Shown here in pieces: positions 19,323 to 28,161 of a stretch of 64,000 nt of DNA. The stretch lies in assembly GCA_963736925.1 (NCBI GenBank), contig CAVTQP010000003.1, positions 586,868 to 650,867 of the forward strand, read 5' to 3'. The translations under genes were made by a program, and so were the position numbers. Numbering within the stretch: the stretch's first letter is position 1; every line of letters begins with the position of its first letter. This DNA comes from an uncultured Actinomycetes bacterium. Its GTDB lineage: Bacteria; Actinomycetota; Acidimicrobiia; Acidimicrobiales; CAVTQP01. Below the pieces are notes generated by a model that saw only the letters and a program-made list of their open reading frames with translations, did no database searches and was not told where the DNA came from.

Positions 19323-19760
19323 TCAGCGACGCGGGGCCATGTCGAGGTCGGGTGGCGGATGGTCGGGGATCTTCCAGCGCAGGAACTCCTTGTCGTACAC
19401 CTCGTGATACGCGTTCGCAGCATTCACCATCGCGTGAAAGGCGTCCTCGAAACCCTCCCAGTCCTCCGTCTCGATCGCCTTCTTGACGGCGGCCACTTCC
19501 TCGTCGATGAACTTTGCCATGTTGTCGCTGTACTTGGGCCGGACGAAAGCCCCCTTCTCCATGAGGTTGACCGCCTCTTTGAGCTGGAAGCGGGCAAGCG
19601 GCTGGTTCTTCGCCTTGCCGGCGTAGTAGCACTTCCAGATCCGTACACCGACTTGAGGCATGATCTCAGCCATACCGGGCTGGGTGTGGCCGAGCTCGTC
19701 GAGTGTGAGCTCGCTCTTGCCGGTGTCGACCAGGTGATCGTGCTTGGGGACCTCTGCCAT
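19323..19760 (-). CDS. Hypothetical soluble, probably helical protein
   Basis: ATG at 19760 is preceded by GAGGAGG. MAEVPKHDHLVDTGKSELTLDELGHTQPGMAEIMPQV... I do not recognise the family. Confidence 0.55.
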   Translation of the reverse strand: MAEVPKHDHLVDTGKSELTLDELGHTQPGMAEIMPQVGVRIWKCYYAGKAKNQPLARFQLKEAVNLMEKGAFVRPKYSDNMAKFIDEEVAAVKKAIETEDWEGFEDAFHAMVNAANAYHEVYDKEFLRWKIPDHPPPDLDMAPRR

Positions 19761-19936
19761 CCGTCCTCCTCGAAGGGTGAGAGCACCAGGACCGTACGCC
19801 GCAAGAGAATAGCGACGGCCTGACAGGTACGTCAGGTTGGGGCGGATAAGTGACCAAAACGTGCTCAAGTTCGCCATCCCGCGGTGCCGACATACAGGGC
19901 GAAGCCTTTCCGCAAGGCGCCAGGACCCCTCCTATC

Positions 19937-20482
19937 GTGATCTCGACATTCAAGCTTCGCTCCACCAGGCGACCGGCAGGCGAGACGGGACCCTTTGGTG
20001 TCACCGAGGTCACCGTGGCGCTGTTGATAGTCGCCATCTTCTTGGCGATCGCGGTTCCGCTCTTTCTCGGTGCCCGCGCGAGCGCTCAAGACGGTGCCGC
20101 TCAGGGCGACCTCCGCAACGCTTTCACCGCCGCGCGCACCTACTACACGGGGAGGCTCTCCTATGCAGGGCTCACGGTCGGGAAGCTGGCCACCATAGAG
20201 CCGTCGATCACCTTCCAAGAAGGACCTGTGGGAGCAGGAGGCCGCCAGGTGTCGTTCACCGCTCCCGACGCCGGGACCGTCGTGTTCGCGGCCTGGTCGG
20301 CCACAAGCACCTGTTGGTACATGGTCGATGCCGCGAGACCTCATTCGGGCGCCCTGGGAGTCGGGGGGATCACTCGGCCCGGTAACTGGTACGCGAAGGT
20401 GGACGACGCCGCCAGGTGCGCCGCTACCGGCTACAGGGGACCGGGCTTGGCTTTCCGGGCCACGGCCTTCCCCGGCAGCTAG
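19937..20482 (+). CDS. Type IV pilin-like protein (prepilin-type N-terminal hydrophobic helix)
   Basis: ...ETGPFGVTEVTVALLIVAIFLAIAVPLFLG aligns with the pilin class III signal/alpha1 helix, with Glu at +5 relative to the Phe. C-terminal Cys pair present. The ORF is open from 19850, and the in-frame GTG at 19937 gives a shorter leader. Confidence 0.7.
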   Translation: MISTFKLRSTRRPAGETGPFGVTEVTVALLIVAIFLAIAVPLFLGARASAQDGAAQGDLRNAFTAARTYYTGRLSYAGLTVGKLATIEPSITFQEGPVGAGGRQVSFTAPDAGTVVFAAWSATSTCWYMVDAARPHSGALGVGGITRPGNWYAKVDDAARCAATGYRGPGLAFRATAFPGS

Positions 20483-20536
20483 TACGTTCCTGCGCGACGA
20501 CCTGGCGAAACCTCGCCAAGGGGCTGGGAGGGGTCG

Positions 20537-21082
20537 GTGCTCACCGTCACCGCGATCGCTTGCGCAACCTTCGTGGCTCTGGGGGTCCGCTTCGGACCGG
20601 TGTCGGAGCTACCCGCCTACTGCGTTCTGGCCGCGGGAATGGTGGTCGCCGCCGCGACGGACATCGACCATTACCGCATACCCAAGAGGATCGTCTACGC
20701 GACTCTGTCGGTCGGCGCGCCGCTGTTGGTTCTCGCTTCGGCAGACGGCTCGAGATGGCATCAGCTCACCACGGCGGTCCTCGGAGGCGCGATCGCCTTT
20801 GCCCTCTTCGCCTGTCTCCATCTCGTGTCTCCAAAGGGAATGGGGTTCGGCGACGTGAGGTTGGCCGGCCTCGCCGGCGTATTCCTGGGATGGTTAGGGC
20901 CAGCGCAGGTTGCGATTGGGCTGTTCCTGGCGTTCTTGATTGGCAGCCTTACCGGTCTCGTCCTGGTTCTCTTCTGGCGATGGAGTCCGAGGTCGAAGCT
21001 CCCGTTTGCGCCGTTCCTGGCGGCGGGGACGCTCCTGGCAGTTCTGTTCGGTGACAGCGTTCGCAGACTCTGGCTGGGGTAA
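20537..21082 (+). CDS. Prepilin peptidase (A24 family)
   Basis: Polytopic membrane protein with ATDIDHYRIP and KGMGFGDVRLAGLAG aspartate motifs, directly after the pilin-like gene. Confidence 0.85.
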   Translation: MLTVTAIACATFVALGVRFGPVSELPAYCVLAAGMVVAAATDIDHYRIPKRIVYATLSVGAPLLVLASADGSRWHQLTTAVLGGAIAFALFACLHLVSPKGMGFGDVRLAGLAGVFLGWLGPAQVAIGLFLAFLIGSLTGLVLVLFWRWSPRSKLPFAPFLAAGTLLAVLFGDSVRRLWLG

Positions 21083-21172
21083 GGTCGACGCGTTGCCGCC
21101 CGGTTCCGCCACGGTCAAGAGCCGGCGCTAACCTGCCGAGACTGTGGCTGGGACCGGTTCCTTGGAGGAGCG

Positions 21173-22486
21173 ATGTTCAAGCGCAAGGAGGGGAGGCGGC
21201 GGTTAGCCGACTTGGTCGGCGAGGACGCACCCGCCGCGGCTCCCGACCTCGCTCCACCGACCGGCCTTTCGGAGGGCGAAGAAGCGCAAGACGGCGCCGG
21301 GCAGCGCAGCACCGAGTCTGCGGAACCCGGCACTGCGCCGATCGAGCCGATCCGACTTTCCGGCGTGTCGCTTCTCACCTCCACCGACAAGGGCCCTGTG
21401 AGGGTTCCCGATCTGGGACTCAGCTTCGACGCCGCAGGCGTCACGGTGGCCAAGGGCAATGGAGACGTTGTTCGGGTTTTGCCATGGGACGACCTGACGG
21501 GACTGTCCGTTGAGCCGCTTCCGGCTGGAGCGCCCGAGCAGATGGTCGCGTTGAAGGTCAGCACCGAGCACCGCTCGCATCACTTCGTCGTCGGGACCTC
21601 GGATCCGGCAATCTTTCGGGCCCGTCTGTCACAGATGGCTCGCTTCTACCGAGGGCGGTCGGAGCCAGCGGAGTCCGAGAGCCAAGCGTCCGTGCCCGAG
21701 AGCGCGGAGCCCGAGAGCGCGGAGCCCGAGAGCGCAGTGTCGTTGTCCGAGCCCGCGGAGTCCCTGCGCATGTCCGAGAGCGCGGAGCCAGAGAGGGCAG
21801 CGCCCGAGAGCACTGTGTCCGAGCCGACGGCACCTCAGCGGGTGGGGCCTCGGGTCCGGGTCTCATCGGACGCCGGGGCACCGATCCAAGGTGAGATCCG
21901 CCGGCACCGCAAGAAGGGACGAATGCGGCGGTGGATGTTCGGGATCTTCTTGCTGGTGGTCGTCGTCTGCGCGGGGCTGTACCTCGCTCAGAGGGAGGGT
22001 TATATCCACTTCCTTCCGAAGAGCATCGTCTCGGCGCCGAGCACTACCAGCGCGAGCCTTCCCAATGCGACATCTGCGGTGGGTTCGGCAGGGACCCTGA
22101 GCGCCAAGCCGATCCCCGGCCTACCGGTCAACGTGGTCACCACGGAGATGAGCGATCAAGGGTTGTCGTGCGCGGCATCGTCTAACGGCTCGTTCAGCTG
22201 CACCAGTCCGACCGGCAACTCGACGGTGCGGATAACTCAAGCGAGCGGCATGGTGAGCATGGTCTCCGCTAGCTACCAGGGACCTGCTACGGCCAAGGCG
22301 GCAAACAGCCTGTTCCAGTCGATCGCCACGCTGCCCTACACGGGGTACCGGCCCCAGGCTGCCATGACCTGGCTGAACAGCCACCTCTCCTCTTCTGGGA
22401 GGGCCACGTTCGGCGCCGCGCAGCTCAGCCTGGTCGCCCTCCCCAACGCCTCGGTGCTGCAGTTGAGCGTTCCCCCCACGTCCTAG
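21173..22486 (+). CDS. Hypothetical single-pass membrane protein with acidic ESAEP repeats
   Basis: One TM segment (WMFGIFLLVVVVCAGLYLA). 15-bp repeat at 21695-21737. Ser/Thr-rich extracytoplasmic C-terminal domain. No recognisable family. Confidence 0.5.
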   Translation: MFKRKEGRRRLADLVGEDAPAAAPDLAPPTGLSEGEEAQDGAGQRSTESAEPGTAPIEPIRLSGVSLLTSTDKGPVRVPDLGLSFDAAGVTVAKGNGDVVRVLPWDDLTGLSVEPLPAGAPEQMVALKVSTEHRSHHFVVGTSDPAIFRARLSQMARFYRGRSEPAESESQASVPESAEPESAEPESAVSLSEPAESLRMSESAEPERAAPESTVSEPTAPQRVGPRVRVSSDAGAPIQGEIRRHRKKGRMRRWMFGIFLLVVVVCAGLYLAQREGYIHFLPKSIVSAPSTTSASLPNATSAVGSAGTLSAKPIPGLPVNVVTTEMSDQGLSCAASSNGSFSCTSPTGNSTVRITQASGMVSMVSASYQGPATAKAANSLFQSIATLPYTGYRPQAAMTWLNSHLSSSGRATFGAAQLSLVALPNASVLQLSVPPTS

Positions 22487-22528
22487 CCAGGGCCCAGGGG
22501 GTCCTCTCGCCCCGAGGCCCCTGGCATC

Positions 22529-22544
22529 CCGAACATACGTTCGA
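22529..22544. promoter_or_regulatory. LexA (SOS) box CCGAACATACGTTCGA upstream of dnaE2
   Basis: Matches 11 of the 12 consensus positions of TCGAAC-N4-GTTCGA. It is followed by TACATT (22545-22550), then 8 nt, then the ATG at 22559. Confidence 0.85.
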
Positions 22545-22558
22545 TACATTCCCCGGCC

Positions 22559-25500
22559 ATGGGCGGCCGCGTCCCCTATGCAGAGCTGCATTGCCACTCC
22601 AACTTCAGCTTCCTGGATGGTGCCTCCCACCCCGAGGAGCTGGTGGCGGAGGCCCTGCGACTGGGGCTGGAAGCCCTGGCCATCACGGACCATGACGGTG
22701 TCTACGGGGTGGTGCGCTTCGCACAGGCAGCACAGGCAGCACAGGCAGCACAGGCAGCACAGGCAGCCGCCGCCAGCGGCCTGGGGACAGTTTTCGGTGC
22801 CGAGCTGACTCTCGACCTGTCCCCGCCGAGGGCAACCATCCCGGCCGGCCACCGCCAGGGCACACCCGACCCCCGCGGGGCATCACCTGGTCGTGCTTGC
22901 CCGTGACCCTGAGGGTTACTCCAGGCTGTGCCGGGCGGTCACCCGGACCCAACTGGCGGGGGGAGAGAAGGGATGGCCCATCCTCTCCTTGGAAGAGCTG
23001 TCGGGTATGCACGGCGGCCACTGGGTGGTTCTTACCGGTTGCAGGAAGGGAGCGGTGCCCGCTGCTTTGGAGCGCGACGGCCCCGGCGCCGCATCGAGGC
23101 GCCTGGACCGACTCGTGGAAGTCTTCGGACGCTGCAATGTCGTAGTCGAGTGCTGGGATCACGGCGATCCTCTCGACTCGGTTCGAAATGATGCTCTTGC
23201 ACGACTGGCGATCTCCCACTCCTTGGAGATGGTCGCAACCAACAACGTCCATTACGCCGTCCCGTCGTGTCGCCCCCTGGCGACAGCGCTCGCAGCCGTG
23301 AGCGCCAGGAGGTCTCTAGACGAGATCGACGGCTGGTTGCCGGCGGGTGCCGGTGCCCACCTGCGTTCGGGTGCCGAGCAGGCACGACGCTTCGCCCGCT
23401 GGCCGGGGGTCGTAGAGCGGGCGGCCGAGTTGGGACGCGCTTGCTCATTCGACCTGAGACTGGTCGCGCCTCGATTGCCGGATTTCCCCGTTCCAGCGGG
23501 GCATACGGAGATGAGCTGGCTCACCGCCCTCACCGAGGCCGGAGCCGGGCGGCGCTACGGCCCACGAGGGGCCGAATCCGTTCCCGGGGCATACGCCCAA
23601 GTGGACCACGAGTTGAGAGTCATAGAGGAGCTGGGTTTTGCCGGCTACTTCTTGGTGGTCTGGGACATCGTGGAGATGTGCCGGCGATCGAACATCCTCT
23701 GCCAGGGAAGAGGATCGGCGGCCAACTCGGCCGTCTGCTACGCGCTGGGCATCACCAATGCCGACGCCGTGTCACTCGGCCTCTTGTTCGAACGCTTTCT
23801 GTCCCCCGAACGTGATGGTCCTCCTGACATCGATGTCGACATCGAGGCAGGCCGGCGCGAAGAGGTCATTCAATACGTGTACTCCCGCTACGGGAGGGAC
23901 CGTGCAGCCCAGGTGGCCAATGTCATCACCTACAGGGCCCGCTCCGCGGTCAGGGACATGGGCAGGGCCCTGGGACACGCAACAGGTCAGCTCGACGCCT
24001 GGTCGAAGCAAGTGGATCGCTGGGGAGTGTTGAGGGACACGGCTGGAGCGACGGAGCCGGACGGCCGGCCGGCTCACGACATACCGTCTCCGGTTCTCGC
24101 CCTCGCCGCTCAGGTTGAGGACTTCCCGCGTCATCTAGGAATTCACTCCGGGGGAATGGTCATATGCGATCGTCCGGTCTCGGAGGTGTGCCCGGTGGAA
24201 TGGGCGAGGATGGAAGGGCGCACGGTCCTGCAGTGGGACAAGGAGGATTGTGCCGCCGTAGGGCTGGTCAAGTTCGATTTGCTGGGCCTCGGGATGCTCT
24301 CTGCGCTCCATGCCACCCTCGACCTGGTGCGGACTCATCACAGGGTGGAGGTGGACCTGGCCGGCCTTGCCCAAGAAGACGCCGTATACGACATGCTCTC
24401 CCGTGCGGACACGGTGGGCGTGTTCCAAGTGGAGAGCAGGGCGCAGATGGCGACGTTGCCCCGTCTCAAACCGCGTGGCTTCTACGACTTGGTGATCGAG
24501 GTGGCGCTCATACGCCCCGGTCCCATCCAGGGCGGATCGGTTCATCCCTACCTGCGCCGCCGTGCGGGGACCGAGCGGGTCACCTACCTGCACCCTCTCC
24601 TCGAGCGGTCTCTGGCCAAGACCTTGGGGGTTCCGCTGTTCCAGGAGCAGCTGATGCAGATGGCCATCGACGTGGCCGGGTTCAGCGCGGCTGAATCGGA
24701 CCAGTTGCGACAAGCCATGGGCTCCAAACGCTCCGTGCAACGCATGGAGGGCATGCGTGAGCGCTTCTACTCGGGAATGGCCGAGCGAGGGATAACGGGA
24801 GAGGTGGCAGACGACATCTACTCAAAACTGGCCGGGTTCGCCAACTTCGGGTTTCCCGAGAGCCATTCGGTTTCCTTCGCCTACTTGGTGTACTCCAGCG
24901 CCTGGTTGAAGCTGCACTACCCAGCGGCATTCTGCGCCGGCCTCCTCAACTCTCAGCCCATGGGCTTCTGGTCTCCCCGGACACTGGTGGCCGACGCGAA
25001 GAGGCATGGTGTGGAGGTGCGGGCTCCGGACGTGAACGCCAGCTCGGCGCAGGCCACGCTCGAAGTACAAAATGGGGATGCGGCGGTGCGACTGGGCCTC
25101 GAGTACGTGCGATCGATCGGGCCCGACCTGGCGGAGCGAATCGCCGCCGGTCGCCCCTACCTCAGCATGGACGAGCTGGTTCGCCGGGCGGGCGTTTCGC
25201 GGACACAGTTGGAGGCTCTGGCCACAGCCGGCGCGTTGTCAGGCATGGCTCCGAGCGCGCGCAACGACGCCGGGCTCTCTCGCCGAGAGGCGTTGTGGGC
25301 CGCGGGGGCCGTGTCCCAGAGCGGTCCGGGGAGATTGGAAGGGATCGTTACGGGCGCCAAGGCGCCGAAGCTGCCGGAGATGACTCCGGTGGAGGAGCTT
25401 GCCGCCGACCTTTGGTCGACCGGGATCTCCTCCACCACCCATCCCCTCGACTTCGCAAGGCATGACCTGGACCAGAGAGGGGTGGTTACCGCCTCAGGCT

Positions 25501-25793
25501 TGGAGAAGGCCGGACCCGAATGCCGGGTGCTCGTTGCCGGCGTGGTCACTCACCGGCAACGTCCTTCCACTGCTGGAGGGACCACGTTCATCAGCCTGGA
25601 GGACGAGACCGGCCTGATCAACGTGATCTGCTCGAAAGGGGTATGGACCCGCTACCGCAGGGTGGCCAGCTCGGCTGCGGCATTGGTGGTGAGGGGCAGG
25701 TTGGAGAGAGCGGACGGAGTCACAAACGTGGTGGCCGAACGCTTGGAGGAGCTGAGGCTTCCCGTCGCCACCTCATCGCGGGACTTCCGGTGA
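22559..25793 (+). pseudogene. dnaE2: Error-prone DNA polymerase DnaE2, reading frame broken by an apparent 1-nt insertion near 22870-22880 (may be an assembly artefact)
   Basis: The PHP N-terminus YAELHCHSNFSFLDGASHPEELV runs in frame 1 to 22906. The rest (HLVVLARDPEGYSRLC...HLGIHSGGMVICD...VFQVESRAQMATLPRLKP...SRDFR) is in the +1 frame, which is open from 22809. Removing one C of the C5 run restores colinearity with mycobacterial DnaE2. Confidence 0.9.
22721..22765 (+). repeat. 9-bp tandem repeat gcacaggca x5 inside dnaE2, encoding an (AQA)5 insert
   Basis: Five perfect units read directly: 22721, 22730, 22739, 22748 and 22757. Confidence 0.95.
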
Positions 25794-26879
25794 CGGCGCC
25801 GAGCCGATCCTCCCCTTCCAGACCCACCAGGGCGACCAGGGGCCCCTCCGGTCCGACGTCCACGGAGACGGCGGAGCCATCACCAAGGTGGCCAGGTCCA
25901 ACAGCACCGTGTCGTAGTTGACCCGCCACCCGGCAAAGTCGCGCCAGGCCTGATCACGGTCGGGCTTGAGAGGGACACCTTTGCGCTCCAACTGGGCGAG
26001 CAGCGCGTCGAACTCGTCGCGCCGGATGCTTATCGGGTCATCGGGGCGGGGATCGTGATCGAAGGGGATGCGGAACTGCTCGGCGATGCGTCGCAGCGAC
26101 AGCCATCCCGCTCGCAGGCAGAGCTGCGCGGCAGGGTCGCGGGGGCGGTCGAGCGCGGACACCGCTATCGCAGCCGTGTCCAAGACCGCGCCGGCGGCCG
26201 TCACCCATGAGTGGTCGGCGAGAGGGGAGCGAAAGCTGACCAGGGCCGGGAACGTCGTATGCGTCTCTTGTATCTCGACGAACCACCACTCCCAGCTGGG
26301 CCAGAACTCGTGCAGGTCCTCCAGGCCGCCGATGATCACCAGCCGCAGAAGGAATGTGATCGCCGAGGGGGGCGAGCCTGCACGGGTCTCGAGGCTTGCC
26401 ACGGCGGCCTCCCTCCGGGAGAAGGCCGAGTAGATGGCGGGTAGGTACGCGATGAGCAGTGCGAGCAAGAGAAGGGTGATCGCGGCCTCGCTGAACACCA
26501 GGACCGTGCTGGGTAGGTCCTTCACGCCGGCGAAGCCGAGCGTGAACGCCGAGGACCCGGACAGGACGAAGGCCTGCCTCGGGGTGCGATTCTCGAAGCC
26601 CCACAGCATCGCCCCATAAGCGCCTATGACCAACACCAGCCATGTCGCCAGGAGGGCCAGCAACGAGACCGGGCCGAAGAGCGCCATTACCGCGTCCCGC
26701 CTGGAGAAGGAGGCGTCTCGTCCAATCGCCAGCCGCAGGATCAGCCTCACTGAAAGGAACACCCGACGGGTCAAGACGCTTATCGATGACCGCGGCAACA
26801 CCAGCGTACGGACCGCGTTCAAGAGGACGGTTACGACCAGGAGGCCCCCGGCTATGAAGGCGACGACCCGGCCAGCCAC
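25773..26879 (-). CDS. Polytopic membrane protein, ion-channel-like (pore-helix/filter-like FTLGFAG segment)
   Basis: N-terminal TM helices flank [11 protein letters not shown], followed by a soluble C-terminal domain. It resembles actinobacterial proteins often annotated as potassium-channel family. GTG start at 26879. Confidence 0.5.
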   Translation of the reverse strand: MAGRVVAFIAGGLLVVTVLLNAVRTLVLPRSSISVLTRRVFLSVRLILRLAIGRDASFSRRDAVMALFGPVSLLALLATWLVLVIGAYGAMLWGFENRTPRQAFVLSGSSAFTLGFAGVKDLPSTVLVFSEAAITLLLLALLIAYLPAIYSAFSRREAAVASLETRAGSPPSAITFLLRLVIIGGLEDLHEFWPSWEWWFVEIQETHTTFPALVSFRSPLADHSWVTAAGAVLDTAAIAVSALDRPRDPAAQLCLRAGWLSLRRIAEQFRIPFDHDPRPDDPISIRRDEFDALLAQLERKGVPLKPDRDQAWRDFAGWRVNYDTVLLDLATLVMAPPSPWTSDRRGPWSPWWVWKGRIGSAPSPEVPR

Positions 26880-26902
26880 GGCGTCAAGATAACCTCCCCC
26901 CG

Positions 26903-27916
26903 GTGAAGGGCAGTGCTGGGAACAGGCACCTGCTGGATTCCGCGTCGAGAGCGCTCATCGACGAGCGGCGCCAGCTCACCGAGGAGGAGCTGGGTGCCTT
27001 GGCTGCCCTTCCCGTCGAGTCGGTCGCCTCTCTCGCCGCGTTGGCTCACGAGGTGCGCCTGGCCTGGTGTGGGCCCGAGGTGGAGTTGGAGGGGATTCTT
27101 TCCGCCAAGACCGGCGGTTGCCCCGAGGACTGCAGCTTCTGCAGCCAATCCTCCCGCTTCGAATCGCCCGTGAGGGCCACTCCGTTCCTCGATATCGATG
27201 AGCTCCTGACGGCGGCCGAGGAGACGGCCAAGCTCGGAGCGTCGGAGTTCTGCATCGTCCTCGCCGTGCGGGGCCCTGACGAGCGGGTGATGTCCAGGCT
27301 CCTCGAAGCTGTTCCCGCCGTGCGCCGACGCACCGGCCTGAACGTCGCGGTGAGCGCGGGAATCCTCGGCCCCGAACACGCTCGGCGCCTGGCTGAAGCC
27401 GGGGTGCACCGCTACAACCACAACCTCGAGACAGCGCGGTCCTTCTTCGAGCGCATCGTCACGACGCACACCTGGGAGGAGCGGCTCGAGACCTGCATGC
27501 TCGTCAAAAGGGAGGGCATGGAGCTGTGCTGTGGAGCGCTCATCGGCATGGGTGAAAGTGATGGCCAGCGGCTCGAGCTGATCGGGCAGCTGCGGCAGGT
27601 GGGACCTGCGGAGGTGCCGGTCAACTTCTTGAACCCCAGACGCGGGACTCCTCTCGGGAACCGCCCTCTCGTCTCCGCCATGGACGCGATCCGGTGGATC
27701 GCTCTGTTCAGGCTCGGTCTCCCTGGGGTGATACTGCGTTACGCCGGCGGTCGCGAGGTGACCCTCCGCGACCTTCAGGCGATGGGCATGACGGCGGGCA
27801 TCAACGCCCTGATCGTGGGGAACTACCTGACGACCCTGGGCCGCCCAGCATCGGCCGACCTGCGAATGCTGGAGGACCTGCAGATGCCGATCGGCGCACT
27901 CTCAAAGGTCTGGTGA
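26903..27916 (+). CDS. bioB: Biotin synthase
   Basis: Radical-SAM motif [13 protein letters not shown] and a BioB-like remainder. First gene of the bio operon. Confidence 0.92.
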   Translation: MKGSAGNRHLLDSASRALIDERRQLTEEELGALAALPVESVASLAALAHEVRLAWCGPEVELEGILSAKTGGCPEDCSFCSQSSRFESPVRATPFLDIDELLTAAEETAKLGASEFCIVLAVRGPDERVMSRLLEAVPAVRRRTGLNVAVSAGILGPEHARRLAEAGVHRYNHNLETARSFFERIVTTHTWEERLETCMLVKREGMELCCGALIGMGESDGQRLELIGQLRQVGPAEVPVNFLNPRRGTPLGNRPLVSAMDAIRWIALFRLGLPGVILRYAGGREVTLRDLQAMGMTAGINALIVGNYLTTLGRPASADLRMLEDLQMPIGALSKVW

Positions 27917-28161
27917 GGGCCACGTACTGCGTGAGTTGCGGGCGACCCCGCGATCGTTGCCGGGGCGAGTGCCGGCGCGACCTCGACCCACCTCGCTTCT
28001 GTGAGACGTGCGGGCGCCGGCTTACCGTTCAGCTGACGCCGGCAAGCGTGACAGCACGCTGCAGGGACCACGGGCACCAGAACCACCGGTACGAGGACCG
28101 CGGTCAGGACCGCCGGTACCGGGACCACGGGTCCGAGGCCCAAGGGCACAGGGAGCCATGA
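27913..28161 (+). CDS. bsaP: Small zinc-ribbon-like protein, probable biotin synthase auxiliary protein BsaP
   Basis: YCVSCGRP...[20 protein letters not shown]...ARCRDHG. GTGA overlap with bioB and ATGA overlap with bioA. Position and Cys pattern match the mycobacterial BsaP family. Confidence 0.65.
   Translation: MRATYCVSCGRPRDRCRGECRRDLDPPRFCETCGRRLTVQLTPASVTARCRDHGHQNHRYEDRGQDRRYRDHGSEAQGHREP

Noticed and set aside
15540-22500. The 7-kb wedge between imuB and dnaE2, considered as a mobile or genomic island.
   Set aside because: I saw no integrase, transposase or recombinase, no flanking direct or inverted repeats, and no tRNA at the borders. Most genes in it are ordinary metabolic genes with host-like codon bias.
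22121-22852. 243-aa minus-strand ORF containing CLCCLCCLCCLCCLC.
   Set aside because: The Cys-Leu repeat is simply the reverse-complement reading of the 9-bp dnaE2 repeat. The ORF is antisense to dnaE2 and to the preceding gene.
22862-22895. Programmed +1 ribosomal frameshifting in dnaE2 as the primary explanation.
   Set aside because: There is no recognisable shifty-stop or SD-like stimulator of the prfB type. Two other genes in the window, including pyrE, carry similar single-base lesions. I therefore keep it only as a caveat within the frameshift finding.
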